A stretch of DNA of 64,000 bases from Phoronis australis (Eukaryota > Animalia > Phoronida), in assembly GCA_002633005.1 (NCBI GenBank), contig NMRA01000073.1, forward strand, positions 785,036-849,035. Direction: 5' to 3'. The notes beneath the pieces are model-generated. The model made no database searches. It saw only the letters and a list, made by a program, of their open reading frames with translations, and had not been told where the DNA came from. The position numbers and the translations under genes were made by a program. How positions within the stretch are numbered: position 1 is the stretch's first letter; every line of letters starts with the position of its first letter. Shown here piece by piece: positions 35,601-45,745 of the stretch.

Positions 35601-38600
35601 ACGATGTCTACCATGTACAGTCTGAGCTAGTTCAGTTTTGCCTGACGATCAAGAAAAGTCCTTGCGACATCTGTACAGTAGAACTTATGTCAACATGCGA
35701 ACAAGCTCCAATGAGTGGCCTTAAATAAAGGCCTACGTGCTCTTTGTAAAGGCGGAAACTACAAATAAAGCGCGTGCGTTCAGTAGCGCTAGGACCTACG
35801 CTAGGACTAAAATCTAGACAAAATCACATGTTCCCATTTAAAATACGCGACAACATGTCACGTAATCTCTCGAAGTCTTGCTTCATAGCGAGGTCCTAGC
35901 GTTACTGAACGAGAGGCTTGTCTTGTGAAAACAATATTGTATTTTATTACGAGTCGAAGGGTAAGAGCCATTACATGTTGCCGCGTGCTTGCAATTTTTT
36001 TTAATGTTTATTACGAAATCTTCAGAATACAATGAATATACATAACCCAGAAAGCGCCAAGAGGCATTAGATCTGGGTAAAAAATACAAAGAAGTCTACA
36101 TACAATGATTATATACAAATACATAAATAAAAAAACTGATGTTAAGAATACAATGATATATGACAACGAATGAAAATAATTTATTTTCATACAGATGTAT
36201 AAAATTCTATCCACTCACACAAAGAGATTTAATGTTATAAAGAAATTCTGATACTATTTCAAATAAAACCATATTTTCGTTTGAGTTAAGTTCTTGACAT
36301 CCATATAGAAAGAAATTAATTTTGTTGTACAATTGCGGAATTTCAGAGTATTTTTTATAAACATTGGGGTATTGTTCGAGTGCCTGGAAGAGCTGTACCC
36401 TCTCCTCCTTGCATACCTCACAAGCAAAGAAAACATGAGGATATGTCTGGGTATCTCCACAGGAACACAGAGCCGAAATATTATTAAAATTATGTCTAAA
36501 TTTCTCGTTGTTTAGGAATAGACCACATCTTGATCTGTATAGGGTTATTTCATGGTTGCGGGGAAGTTGGAATGATGTCAATGGGACTGGCAAGTCTGGA
36601 GTAGTGGTATGCATTTTAAAGTTATTTTTGAGAGTGACGATTGAAGTGCTTTCTTTTATTTTGAATGGTAAGGAATTCCAGTTGTCAATACAAGTTAATA
36701 TCGTTGATCTTCTAAAGGCTTGGCTGATGGAGGCTGGAATAGTATACATATTGCTTTGCCGGAGTCCTGGTCTCGTGCTTGGTCTTTTGTAGGAGTCAAA
36801 GAGGATTTTGTTAGAGAAATTGTTTATGTTGGTTAAGACTTTGAATGTATACATGGACAGGTGGAGTTTACGACGGGTTGCTAGTTTGCTCCAGTGAAGA
36901 CTATTTAGAACCTTGATTGTGTTGGACCCTTTGTATGCCCCAGTTATGGCTAAAGCTGCTTGGTATTGTAGTCTTTCTAATTGGAGAAGTATGCCAGCGT
37001 TTGCCGATTGGTAGATTATGTCACAGTAATCTAGATGTGGAAGTACAAAAGACTTGAACAGAGTTTCAAGATGCATGGAGTTGAGATGACGAGAGATAAT
37101 TCTAATTGGATTAATTAATTTTTGTACTTTTTGAACGAGTTCGCGACAATGAGGAGTAAATGTAAGCTTATGGTCGAGTAGCAAGCCAAGATGTTTGTGC
37201 GTGAACTTATTGGGGATAACTTCCCCATTGAGTGATAATTCCAGTGTTGGATTTGTTTGGAAATGAGTATTATTAGACTTAGAAAATATAAGATCAACAC
37301 TTTTTTCAGGTTTAAATTTCATCTTCCATTTGTGAGACCAGTCATAGAGTTTGTTAAGGTCAGTTTGCAATTGTAAGGAGTCATGGGGATGCTCTTTTGA
37401 GAATGGGTGGAATATTGCAGTGTCATCAGCATATAAGAATGTTTTAGAGCTTATCGTGTCTGGAAGATCATTGATGTACAGTAAAAAGAGTAAGGGGCCT
37501 AGTACGCTACCCTGTGGTACTCCAGCATTTACGAAACCTGGCGTTGATGAAGGTGATAAGACACCCTCAATTCGGACTTTGTAAGTTCGATTTTCCAGAT
37601 ATGATTTTAAAAGTAAGAGGAGAGTGCCTGAGAAACCGTAAGATTGTAATTTATGTAGAAGCAGGTCATGGGGAACGACATCAAAAGCTGACGCAATGTC
37701 TAAAAATACGGATCTCACGTTGTACCCTTGCTCAAACTGGAGGTGGATGTCGTGTACAATTTCTGTAAGTTGCGACACAGTGCTGTTACCAGGCATGAAT
37801 CCAAATTGGCGACGATATATGAGGTTTTGTGAAGAGAGGTGGTCAAACATGTGCTGAGAAATGATTTTTTCTAAAATTTTGGATAAGGTGTTAAGTAGAG
37901 TTATGGGGCGATAGTTGGCAATGTCTGTTTTGGAGTTCTTTTTGTGTATTGGTATCATAACGCCAAGCTTCCAGTTCAAAGGAAATTTTCCAGATTGTAA
38001 TATTTTGTTGTATAATGTTGTCAGAGGAAGTGTAAGCTCTCTTGCTATTATCTTGATCATTTTATTGGTTATGAGATTGGTACCGTCGTTTTTGTTTTCG
38101 TCAATGTTTTCTAGTAGTTTTCTGACTTCAGATGGTTGGGCTTCTATGTAAGAGAGGTGTTCTAATGTTCTGTTTGGGAATTCTGGATAGTTTATTGTTG
38201 GTGCAATGTGACTCTTGGCAGTGAAGTAGTCTAGAAATAAGATACTTTTATCGGCTTTGGATGACGCCTGAGAGTTGGATTCTTTTGAGTGGATGGTGGG
38301 GTATGATGATTGCTTTACCTGTCCTCGAATTTTGTTTACTATATCCCAATATTCCTTAGAATTTTTGGAGACATTTTTGATATTGGAGATAACTTTCATC
38401 TTATAGTCTTGTTTTGTCTTTTTAATTAGTTCTTCCATACTGTTGCACTGTTCTTTGTAGCACTTGAACGTGCATGGGTTATTTGATCTTCTGAACGATC
38501 TGTACAGTTTATTTCTTTTATTTATTTCAGACTTAATGTTTTTGTTAAACCACGGTTTGTTCTTGTTTTTTATTGTTTTCATGGTATGGTTGATGGGATA

Positions 38601-41600
38601 TTATTATCTAATATGTTGTAGAGTGACTGTGTGAATATTGAGACTGCGTCATTTATGTCACTTTTGTTAAGTATTTCAGTCCAGTTGAATGTGGTTATGT
38701 CAGAGCGCAGTTTGTCCATGTTAATGAGGTTGTAATTCCAGATCTTCTTCATAATGTCTGGTTCTTTAGGTGGGCAGTTGAGTGTGAATGTTGTTTCTAT
38801 AACGTGGTGGTCTGAGTTACCAATGGGAGGCCTTACAGAAGTGGATTCAATTAATCCGAGATTGTTTGTTATACATAAATCAAGGCAAGAATGTGAATAC
38901 TCTGTTAAACGTGTCGGCTCGTTTATTAGTTGTATACAGTCATTTGTGAGGAGAATATCGAATAATTCGAGACCGGCTTGGTTGTCATTGTCTTCAGAGT
39001 ACCAAGTACTATTTCTTGCGTTGAAATCCCCGTTGATAACAATCGTTTTATTAGTTTGAGAGAGTTCTTGCAATTGCTCTGAAAAGGTTTTGAAATATGC
39101 TTTCCGTTCATGGGACGTCTGTGAGGGTGAGCGATAGAAAAAACCGTAATATACCTTTTTGTGGTTGACGTAAAGTTCAATCCAACAGTTACTCATTGAT
39201 TGTATAATTTTATCATCAATTGTTTTGTAATTTACGGAGTTGTGGACAAACAAGATCAACCCCCTCCCGACGTTAGTGTGGTAGGCAATGTGGTATTCTG
39301 GAATAATAAGTGCACTGAGGTTGTCTTCGGACAGTGTTCCAGATTCACATATAGCAATGACCATGTAATTGTTGTCTGTAATAACTTGCTTGAGAAGATC
39401 AAATCTTGAAAGATTGTTCGCCTTGATACTGTTGATATTAGTGAATAAGACCTTGAAGCTGGCTAAACCCTGAGTGCCTGGTCCTGGATTGACCTCTATG
39501 TCACCCGCAGTCAAAAGACTTTGCTCAATGATAACTCGGATATCACAACATGAGTTCTTCATTGTGCAGTAAACATTACGTAAGTGCTCAGTTCGGGGTC
39601 GTTTTCGTAGCAGAAGAGTGAGGTCGAGCGTAATAGACGAAAAGCAGTGGGGTATTTTTGTTTTCCAGACACCCGAACAATTATAATTATCATGTCTGTA
39701 GTTAAATAGTGATAAATTCATACAGTTCATAGTTAACATGCTTATCTAACAAGAGAAAAAGAAGTGCTTGCAATTCGAACTTTGCTGTCATTTTTGTAAG
39801 TGTTGCAACTCTGGTACCTTTCAAAACGTTAAATTACGGCCACCCGGTGTGTGAATAGGTTTAAACCCATCATGAAGATGGTATGAATTGAAACAATATT
39901 GTATTGGAAATTATAAACTGGGCGAAGAGCAAGGTATGGGGAAATGAATCTGGAATTCGTTATAAACTGTATTTGTGCATGCTTTTATCACCTGTAATTA
40001 GGGACTATGAGTGTTTAATCAAACAAAGGTTTACCTCACAACACGAACTATGAGATTTAAAGATTTTGCCGTTTTAGGCTTCACCGATTTTTCATCAACC
40101 TTATTTGAGATTCCAAATTGTTTCGGTAGTTCCACTTAATGGAAAACGTTCTCACGCAGACACACGTAGCTCACCTAACGCAGATAGAATAGCTGCGGTC
40201 CAGAAGAGATCTCCAAGTAGAGCTGGGATATAAAGTATTCCTCCAATTCTTGCTCCATACCGTTTTTGTAAAGGGTCCAACATGGTGACATATCCCTCCT
40301 TTCTCATTTTCTTGGCGAAGAACAGTCCGCCTGATAATACACAAACCACACCAGTAATAAACTTGCCGGAAAGAATCCCGACTTTGGTGGCAGGTGTTTA
40401 CATTGACTGCCAACAGCAGCAGCACCATCACCACCAGCAACAGCAATAGCAGCAACAACAGGACCAGCAGCACGTGCAGTAGCAGCAGCAGCCGCAGTAG
40501 CAGAGGCGGAAGCAAAAGAAGCAGCAACAACGGCAGCAACTTCAAACGCAGCAATCATTAGCGTCATATTGGCCTTGGTTCACCAGCACCATACACTGAT
40601 CCGATAAAAACTCGCCCGATCATGCTGGGAATCAGGATTTTACTTATTCGACGGATATGTAAATTAGGTATAAGTCGCATGAACCATTCGACTTCGATCC
40701 GATGAGTGTTCGGTTGAAAAATGGATGTCACCCCTACAGTCAGGCGATTATCGCTGGGGCAATGATAATATGATTTCGTCGTCCAGCCAATTTCTAATCG
40801 TAGGACTTCCACAATTAAAGTCGTCGGGCGATGTGCTTGATATAAATCGTTTACAAGTCGACTGACGATCTACATGTTGTCGACCGATTTTAATTAGTCG
40901 GCCGACGTCAGAGGCCATCGCCTAACGTCCAGGCAATTTGTACTCAAACTTCCCTTAGTCTTAATCACGACGGAGGAGCATGGATTTCACACACCCTATC
41001 CAGCAAAAACTCCCGAACTCGATCGGCAGAGCATCGACAGATATGTACACAATTATTGGAAACCACCATCACTACCTTTTAACTATTATCTTTTAATCAT
41101 AGCGGTGCCTCTGTGAAAGACGTATTTGCTCAAACAATAATTTTATTTTGAAAAAGTTTACATTGAGACGCAACTTACTTAGGTCTATCAATAATGCCTG
41201 GATTAATTCCGGGTAAATTCCATTACTTGCTGGGTTTGTTCACTCAATTAATCGGTCATGGTGTCTGTCATTTAAAGCTAGAGTTAGAGTACTGGGGCCC
41301 ATTCCAACAAAACTGACTTAGCTAAGACAGATCTTAAATTTTTATAAATTTTAAAATAAAAGTCAAAACCAATTCAAGAAAGAGATCGTAAATTGTTTGA
41401 CATAAGTTTTGTCTTAATTTTGACTTACTTGCCTAATGTGGAAGTTTCAAAGTTTGGAAGTTAAGAAAAATCTTAAACTTACGTCAAAAATGAACTTAAG
41501 TCAGTTTCTTGGAACAGGCCCCTGTTCTGTCTTTTTTATAATCGCACTGATACTACCATTCTATGCTCAGCCAACTATCTATTCTCAGACGTCTAAGGAC

Positions 41601-44600
41601 ACGTTCATGATTTGCGTTTGTGGGACCGACTTCGCAACGGTATTATAACTATGGTGGGCGTGGCCTAACTGCGTTTGTCGGAACTATCCATTTAAGTATA
41701 AGACAATAACCGTTTGTTTCTCAGTTAAAGGAAAAAGACGTAGTTGAGTTTCAACTTGTACATAGAAGTAACCTTTTGTATACATCTCCACTCACCTATG
41801 AAGAGGCTGGAAGCGTATGCGAATGGTGCTTGGCACCAGATTAAGCCTTTACCCTCTTTAAAGATGACTTCAGATGTACCGTTGATGTATCCTCCGCCTA
41901 CCCACGTCGCTGGAACAGAGTTACGATGAAAAGACGGTAAAAGACTCAAACTCTCTCCTAACCCCTCTCTGTTCCTGAATCCCGTAAACATACCTCGTTG
42001 CAGGGGTCGAAATAGCACAAAGAGAAAGCGGGAAAATTACTTACTTTCACGAGTTAGTGTTTACCTGGGAGTAATATGTCATAATGGTCCCACGTATAGT
42101 TCTTCCACACAGCGTGCAACTGTTAAAACAAATAATGATTTCTCATTATAGGGTTTTGTGGTCCTGCAGGCGCTTTATTAGTTGCTTCTGTTAGAGTACG
42201 ACGCCTGTTGTTAGCTGGAGGTAACTAAAGTACTCCAGTTCTTGAGTAACGTGTTGGTCTCAAACAAATGACGCTAAAATCACTTGAAGTCGCACACAAT
42301 CACTACAAAACTTCTTTCAAACCTTTGTCTTCATTAGTGCCCCACCTCAGTAGATGAGCACTGGCCATTTAATCCCCAAAATGGTCGACTAAGTACTAAA
42401 AATAACATTCCTAAAGAAATTGCTATTGTTTATTAAACTTTTGAAGGAATAAGTGCTGGTGTAATTTTTCATCGAATTTGAGTAGGTGGCTTTCAATAGG
42501 CCTTTTGCGAGTTTATAACAATAACGCGAGATTATGTGAGACTTAACTGTGACGTCACGGGAAGTGGGGCAAAAGCTTGTCGTTTGGTCATTTGCCCAAT
42601 ACGGTAGCAGAGTGTATTCTGTTATTGTCTTCGAGTTTTTAGCCGTTTAGTTCGAAAAATGTCCAAAAGCATTGCTGTTATGGCAAATGAACTTCAGATT
42701 CGCACTACAATACGTTCTATCGCGTTCTGTACTAATTTCGTCCCGTGTATTTTAAACGGGCGGTAGGCGAAATCCGCTCACTGGTAAAGTTTTCACCTCG
42801 TCGAAAATACATTCTACACCTAAAATTAGCACCTAAAAGGCTCTTACTTTCTTCAGTGACTCTTTCTGCTTCTAAGCATATCTTCGATGAAGCATATATA
42901 CGGGAATTCAGGTGACTTAGGCGAAGAATTCCAACTCCACTTTGTGGTTACTGTTAACTTTGTCCGCGCGCGCGATTACCACAATCAAGTAGTTCAACTG
43001 AGTCAGGTGAGTATGAGGCAAAGGCTAGCGCGAGACTGAGCGAAGCGCGAGATCTGGCGCGTGACCTGGCGCGTGACACTTGCAAAATAGCATGAGAAAA
43101 TATCAAGTGAAATTTGTAAGATTTGTGTCCCTTGGACTTTTTGTTCGTCAACAGGCGTGATTTCACGTAACTTCTTCAAAATGGCGGCTCTTTAGTGAGA
43201 GAAACTCGAGAGAACCGCGAGGTTTTCATGAATATGCTCAAGTTATTTGTAGACTAAATTGTGTCCAGAGTCAGGGTATGTGTTAATTATAACTTCATGT
43301 GCACATATGCATGTTTCATTTGATTTTATTTGCTGTATTTTGAAGTGAATATCTTTTTATGGGGATACACTATCGCCCCTGTATGCCTGCGCCATTCAGG
43401 CCTAGAGCGGGTTAAGTTCCAATTTCAGTCCGTTCACAGCTTCGCACAACATAACAAGGTCACATTTTCTTCGTCTAATCACAGTTATTCCACGACCCAT
43501 CTACCATATCTTAAGTTGTTTTAACGTTTTAAGCGTAAAATTCACCATAAGAACTCCAGTAAGTTTTAGAGTGTGTAGCAAAGACTCGGGGCAAAACAAG
43601 AGCAATATGGCGGGTTTTGCCCCTTTCCGGTGACGTCACAGTGACTAGCGAGAAACTCGCAAGTGAGCTATTATGTACACAGACTTATATTAAAAATAAT
43701 CGCAATGACGAATAACTCCATTGTAAAACACGACGTTTCGGTATAGGACGAGTAAAATTAAGGACACCGCAGACTGGAGACGTAGTAGATGGTCTGTCTG
43801 TCTCAAGTGAGCAATAGATGAGCTGACAGCTCACGCCAAGGCGAGAAAAAATGTATGAACTAGCGTTTAGTTCATGTAAAAGTTCCCCTATTTTCACGCC
43901 TTGACGTGAGTTACAGGTCAGCTATCGTTCACTTGAGGCAGCTAATTCCGGTCAAAGCCCTCCGTTTGCAATGTATAACTAATGTTACACCCATGCTGCA
44001 TGGGCCGCGCAGCACTGAAAAAAATGGGGGGCTAAAGACCTCAGCCCCCCCCCGTTTTACATCGCGTATTGACCATGGGCGGCGCAGCACTGAAAAAGTG
44101 GGAAGGGCTACAGCTCCCCAGCCGTTATGGTGCGCCTCCCACGTGTTTACGTCCCGTTTATTTCACTTTGACCAAATACAGTGTTAGGTTTCATGTAAAT
44201 CCCACTGAATGTAGTTGACATTTGGCGATAACCTGCCATAAAGTGACATTTTACGATAACCCCAGATAAGCCCCGTTATTACGACTGCAATGCAACTTTA
44301 TGATGATGATACACAATATACTAGAGTTCAAATTTGATCCCGGAGACAAAATCACGAGACTAAAGTATCTACAAGACTCGGAAATGATTGACTTATGGAA
44401 AACGTGGGACCCGTGAAATGCGTGATTTTAATTGTATCCGCTAACAACAACCTGGAATACTTTATACACCGAAAGCCGGAGATAATAATTCCAATAATTT
44501 AATGGTCGCTATCGGGAAACGTTTCAACAGTGCTTAGAACTTCGCACCCATCTCAGCAAAGTTGTGTTATTATTGTCACAACGAATTCATGTTTTAATTT

Positions 44601-45623
44601 ACATTGAATAAACAGACAAGAAATTTCTGACAATTGAATTGATGTTTCAGCAATCCGATCAAACCAAAACTGCTGGGTATTGCGTCTTTGAATTTTTCCT
44701 GACATCCGTATGTATATCTGTACGTTTTGCGTAAAAGCAAAATACAGCTTCAGACCTGATCTGTAACGTGACATGCATTTTCCCTAAAAAGAATCACTTT
44801 TAGTACTATGCAAGTTTATATTTCATCAGGCGAGCACTCAGTTTTTCTATTTCTAGCAGATTTTTTTGTTATTTTTACACGACCGTAAATATAAATTGGG
44901 CATACTAGCGATGAGCCGGACGATATGAAGAATTATCGCCCAAACTTTGAAGGTGTTTAACCAGATATAACTATTATAAAGGTGGTGGTAATTTAATGTA
45001 GATTTAAACATATATTAACATGAAACAAGGGTACTAAATGATCACTTCTAAGTTATCTTAGCTACATGTATGTATTAAATGATGTATGTATGCATGCATG
45101 TATGTACGTGTTTAAATCCGCTCGTTCGATACAATCCGTCATATTCCATAAAATGTACACGATGACGTCACACGTAAATGGAAGAACTTCGTATCAAAAG
45201 AGCTTGTAGTCAACTTTATGCTTTATGTACGTATTTATATATGCATGTTTAATATACGTATATATACGTACGTATATTTCTGCCCTGGGTGTTTAATTTC
45301 AGAATGTATTGGTGTTTGTCAATTTCCCAATATCAAGCGTGGACCTGAGTGCCAAGGCAGTGCATTGTCAAGTACAAAAACTTGCGTACACACTAACTAA
45401 ACACAACGATAAACACGTGCATATTTAAGCTTCCGCACCACTTACCCGTCATGGTGAAACACCCCACCACCATGCCAATGTTTCGTCCGGCCAACATCAC
45501 TTCCTCTGTGTCCGCATTTGCTCCGGTCGACTTCGACTTTCGCCCGGCCCATATCCCAAGCACCAGGATCAGCACGTAAAATACAATTATCGATATTAAG
45601 CCAATGACATTTAATTCTGTCAT
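31904..45623 (-). CDS. SLC5A7: High-affinity choline transporter 1 (sodium:solute symporter family), 7 coding exons, 551 aa
   Basis: Exons 45623-45446, 41909-41796, 40330-40175, 35484-35336, 34396-34232, 33450-33321 and 32667-31904 total 1656 nt, open, all GT-AG. Motifs: [83 protein letters not shown]. Confidence 0.95.
32791..32927. mobile_element. About 135-bp MITE; further copies at about 33839-33980 and 35779-35909
   Basis: TIR TTCAGTAACGCTAGGACC...GGTCCTAGCGTCTACTGAA. The core ATTTAAAATACACGGCAATAT is shared, and the other two copies are in the opposite orientation. Confidence 0.75.
33321..33450 (-). CDS. SLC5A7: SLC5A7 coding exon 6 (not in the ORF track)
   Basis: [43 protein letters not shown]; tttttcgcag| and |gtaat. 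Confidence 0.92.
34232..34396 (-). CDS. SLC5A7: SLC5A7 coding exon 5
   Basis: [29 protein letters not shown]; tcacag| and |gtatgt. Confidence 0.92.
34453..34585. repeat. 19-bp minisatellite, 7 copies
   Basis: Unit ACCACGTGGTGAAACCCTT, head-to-tail with no spacers. Confidence 0.95.
35336..35484 (-). CDS. SLC5A7: SLC5A7 coding exon 4
   Basis: [33 protein letters not shown]; cttcag| and |gtgagt. Confidence 0.93.
36207..38582 (-). CDS. LINE ORF2 C-terminal part: reverse transcriptase
   Basis: [43 protein letters not shown], and a C-terminal CSC..H..C knuckle. Confidence 0.95.
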   Translation of the reverse strand: MKTIKNKNKPWFNKNIKSEINKRNKLYRSFRRSNNPCTFKCYKEQCNSMEELIKKTKQDYKMKVISNIKNVSKNSKEYWDIVNKIRGQVKQSSYPTIHSKESNSQASSKADKSILFLDYFTAKSHIAPTINYPEFPNRTLEHLSYIEAQPSEVRKLLENIDENKNDGTNLITNKMIKIIARELTLPLTTLYNKILQSGKFPLNWKLGVMIPIHKKNSKTDIANYRPITLLNTLSKILEKIISQHMFDHLSSQNLIYRRQFGFMPGNSTVSQLTEIVHDIHLQFEQGYNVRSVFLDIASAFDVVPHDLLLHKLQSYGFSGTLLLLLKSYLENRTYKVRIEGVLSPSSTPGFVNAGVPQGSVLGPLLFLLYINDLPDTISSKTFLYADDTAIFHPFSKEHPHDSLQLQTDLNKLYDWSHKWKMKFKPEKSVDLIFSKSNNTHFQTNPTLELSLNGEVIPNKFTHKHLGLLLDHKLTFTPHCRELVQKVQKLINPIRIISRHLNSMHLETLFKSFVLPHLDYCDIIYQSANAGILLQLERLQYQAALAITGAYKGSNTIKVLNSLHWSKLATRRKLHLSMYTFKVLTNINNFSNKILFDSYKRPSTRPGLRQSNMYTIPASISQAFRRSTILTCIDNWNSLPFKIKESTSIVTLKNNFKMHTTTPDLPVPLTSFQLPRNHEITLYRSRCGLFLNNEKFRHNFNNISALCSCGDTQTYPHVFFACEVCKEERVQLFQALEQYPNVYKKYSEIPQLYNKINFFLYGCQELNSNENMVLFEIVSEFLYNIKSLCVSG
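38579..39739 (-). CDS. LINE ORF2 N-terminal part: 2A-like peptide and APE endonuclease
   Basis: [43 protein letters not shown]. Confidence 0.9.
   Translation of the reverse strand: MLTMNCMNLSLFNYRHDNYNCSGVWKTKIPHCFSSITLDLTLLLRKRPRTEHLRNVYCTMKNSCCDIRVIIEQSLLTAGDIEVNPGPGTQGLASFKVLFTNINSIKANNLSRFDLLKQVITDNNYMVIAICESGTLSEDNLSALIIPEYHIAYHTNVGRGLILFVHNSVNYKTIDDKIIQSMSNCWIELYVNHKKVYYGFFYRSPSQTSHERKAYFKTFSEQLQELSQTNKTIVINGDFNARNSTWYSEDNDNQAGLELFDILLTNDCIQLINEPTRLTEYSHSCLDLCITNNLGLIESTSVRPPIGNSDHHVIETTFTLNCPPKEPDIMKKIWNYNLINMDKLRSDITTFNWTEILNKSDINDAVSIFTQSLYNILDNNIPSTIP
40175..40330 (-). CDS. SLC5A7: SLC5A7 coding exon 3
   Basis: [36 protein letters not shown]; tatcag| and |gtgagc. Confidence 0.93.
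40410..40555. repeat. Degenerate (CAG/CAA)n microsatellite in SLC5A7 intron 2
   Basis: A run of cagcagcagcagcaccatcaccaccagcaacagcaa and similar triplets. Confidence 0.85.
41292..41524. mobile_element. MITE with about 28-bp TIRs
   Basis: CTGGGGCCCATTCCAACAAAACTGACTTA versus the reverse complement of the right end, CAGGGGCCTGTTCCAAGAAACTGACTTA. Confidence 0.8.
41796..41909 (-). CDS. SLC5A7: SLC5A7 coding exon 2
   Basis: [28 protein letters not shown]; ttccag| and |gtgagt. Confidence 0.93.
42495..43672. mobile_element. Non-autonomous TIR DNA element in SLC5A7 intron 1
   Basis: Ends AATAGGCCTTTTGCGAGTTT and AAACTCGCAAGTGAGCTATT. Subterminal inverted ACTGTGACGTCACGGGAAGTGGGGCAAAA and TTTTGCCCCTTTCCGGTGACGTCACAGT. 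Confidence 0.7.
43999..44143 (+). repeat. Tandem pair of about 75-bp GC-rich mini-MITEs (same family at about 60148-60302)
   Basis: CATGGGCGGCGCAGCACTGAAA...GGGG..AGCCCC..GCGCC(G)CCCATG-like units occur at both loci. Confidence 0.65.
45446..45623 (-). CDS. SLC5A7: SLC5A7 coding exon 1
   Basis: [42 protein letters not shown]; donor G|gtaagt. Confidence 0.92.
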
Positions 45624-45711
45624 CGTGGACACCCGGGCACTAATCACTTAAGATGCACAGCACTTAAAGAGCCTCGCGCGCTCACTGGTATGATCTCAGT
45701 GATTTTATGAG

Positions 45712-45745
45712 TTATATACGGGCATTTACACTACTTTGTCATTGG
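45712..45745 (-). promoter_or_regulatory. Candidate SLC5A7 core promoter (TATA-like box plus CCAAT)
   Basis: Minus-strand TATATAA at 45718-45712 and CCAAT at 45745-45741, about 90-120 bp upstream of the ATG. Motif-only evidence. Confidence 0.35.

Larger units (their letters stand above)
35997..39763 (-). mobile_element. APE-type LINE (CR1/L2-group), ORF2 only, in SLC5A7 intron 3, 12-bp TSD
   Basis: TSD GTGCTTGCAATT at 35985-35996 and 39764-39775. The 3' end has AATAAA and an A-tail. Endonuclease and RT ORFs lie inside. Confidence 0.93.

Noticed and set aside
40171-40567. Poly-Leu and poly-Ala ORFs
   Set aside because: These are translations of the intronic CAG/CAA microsatellite. The true exon 3 starts at 40330.
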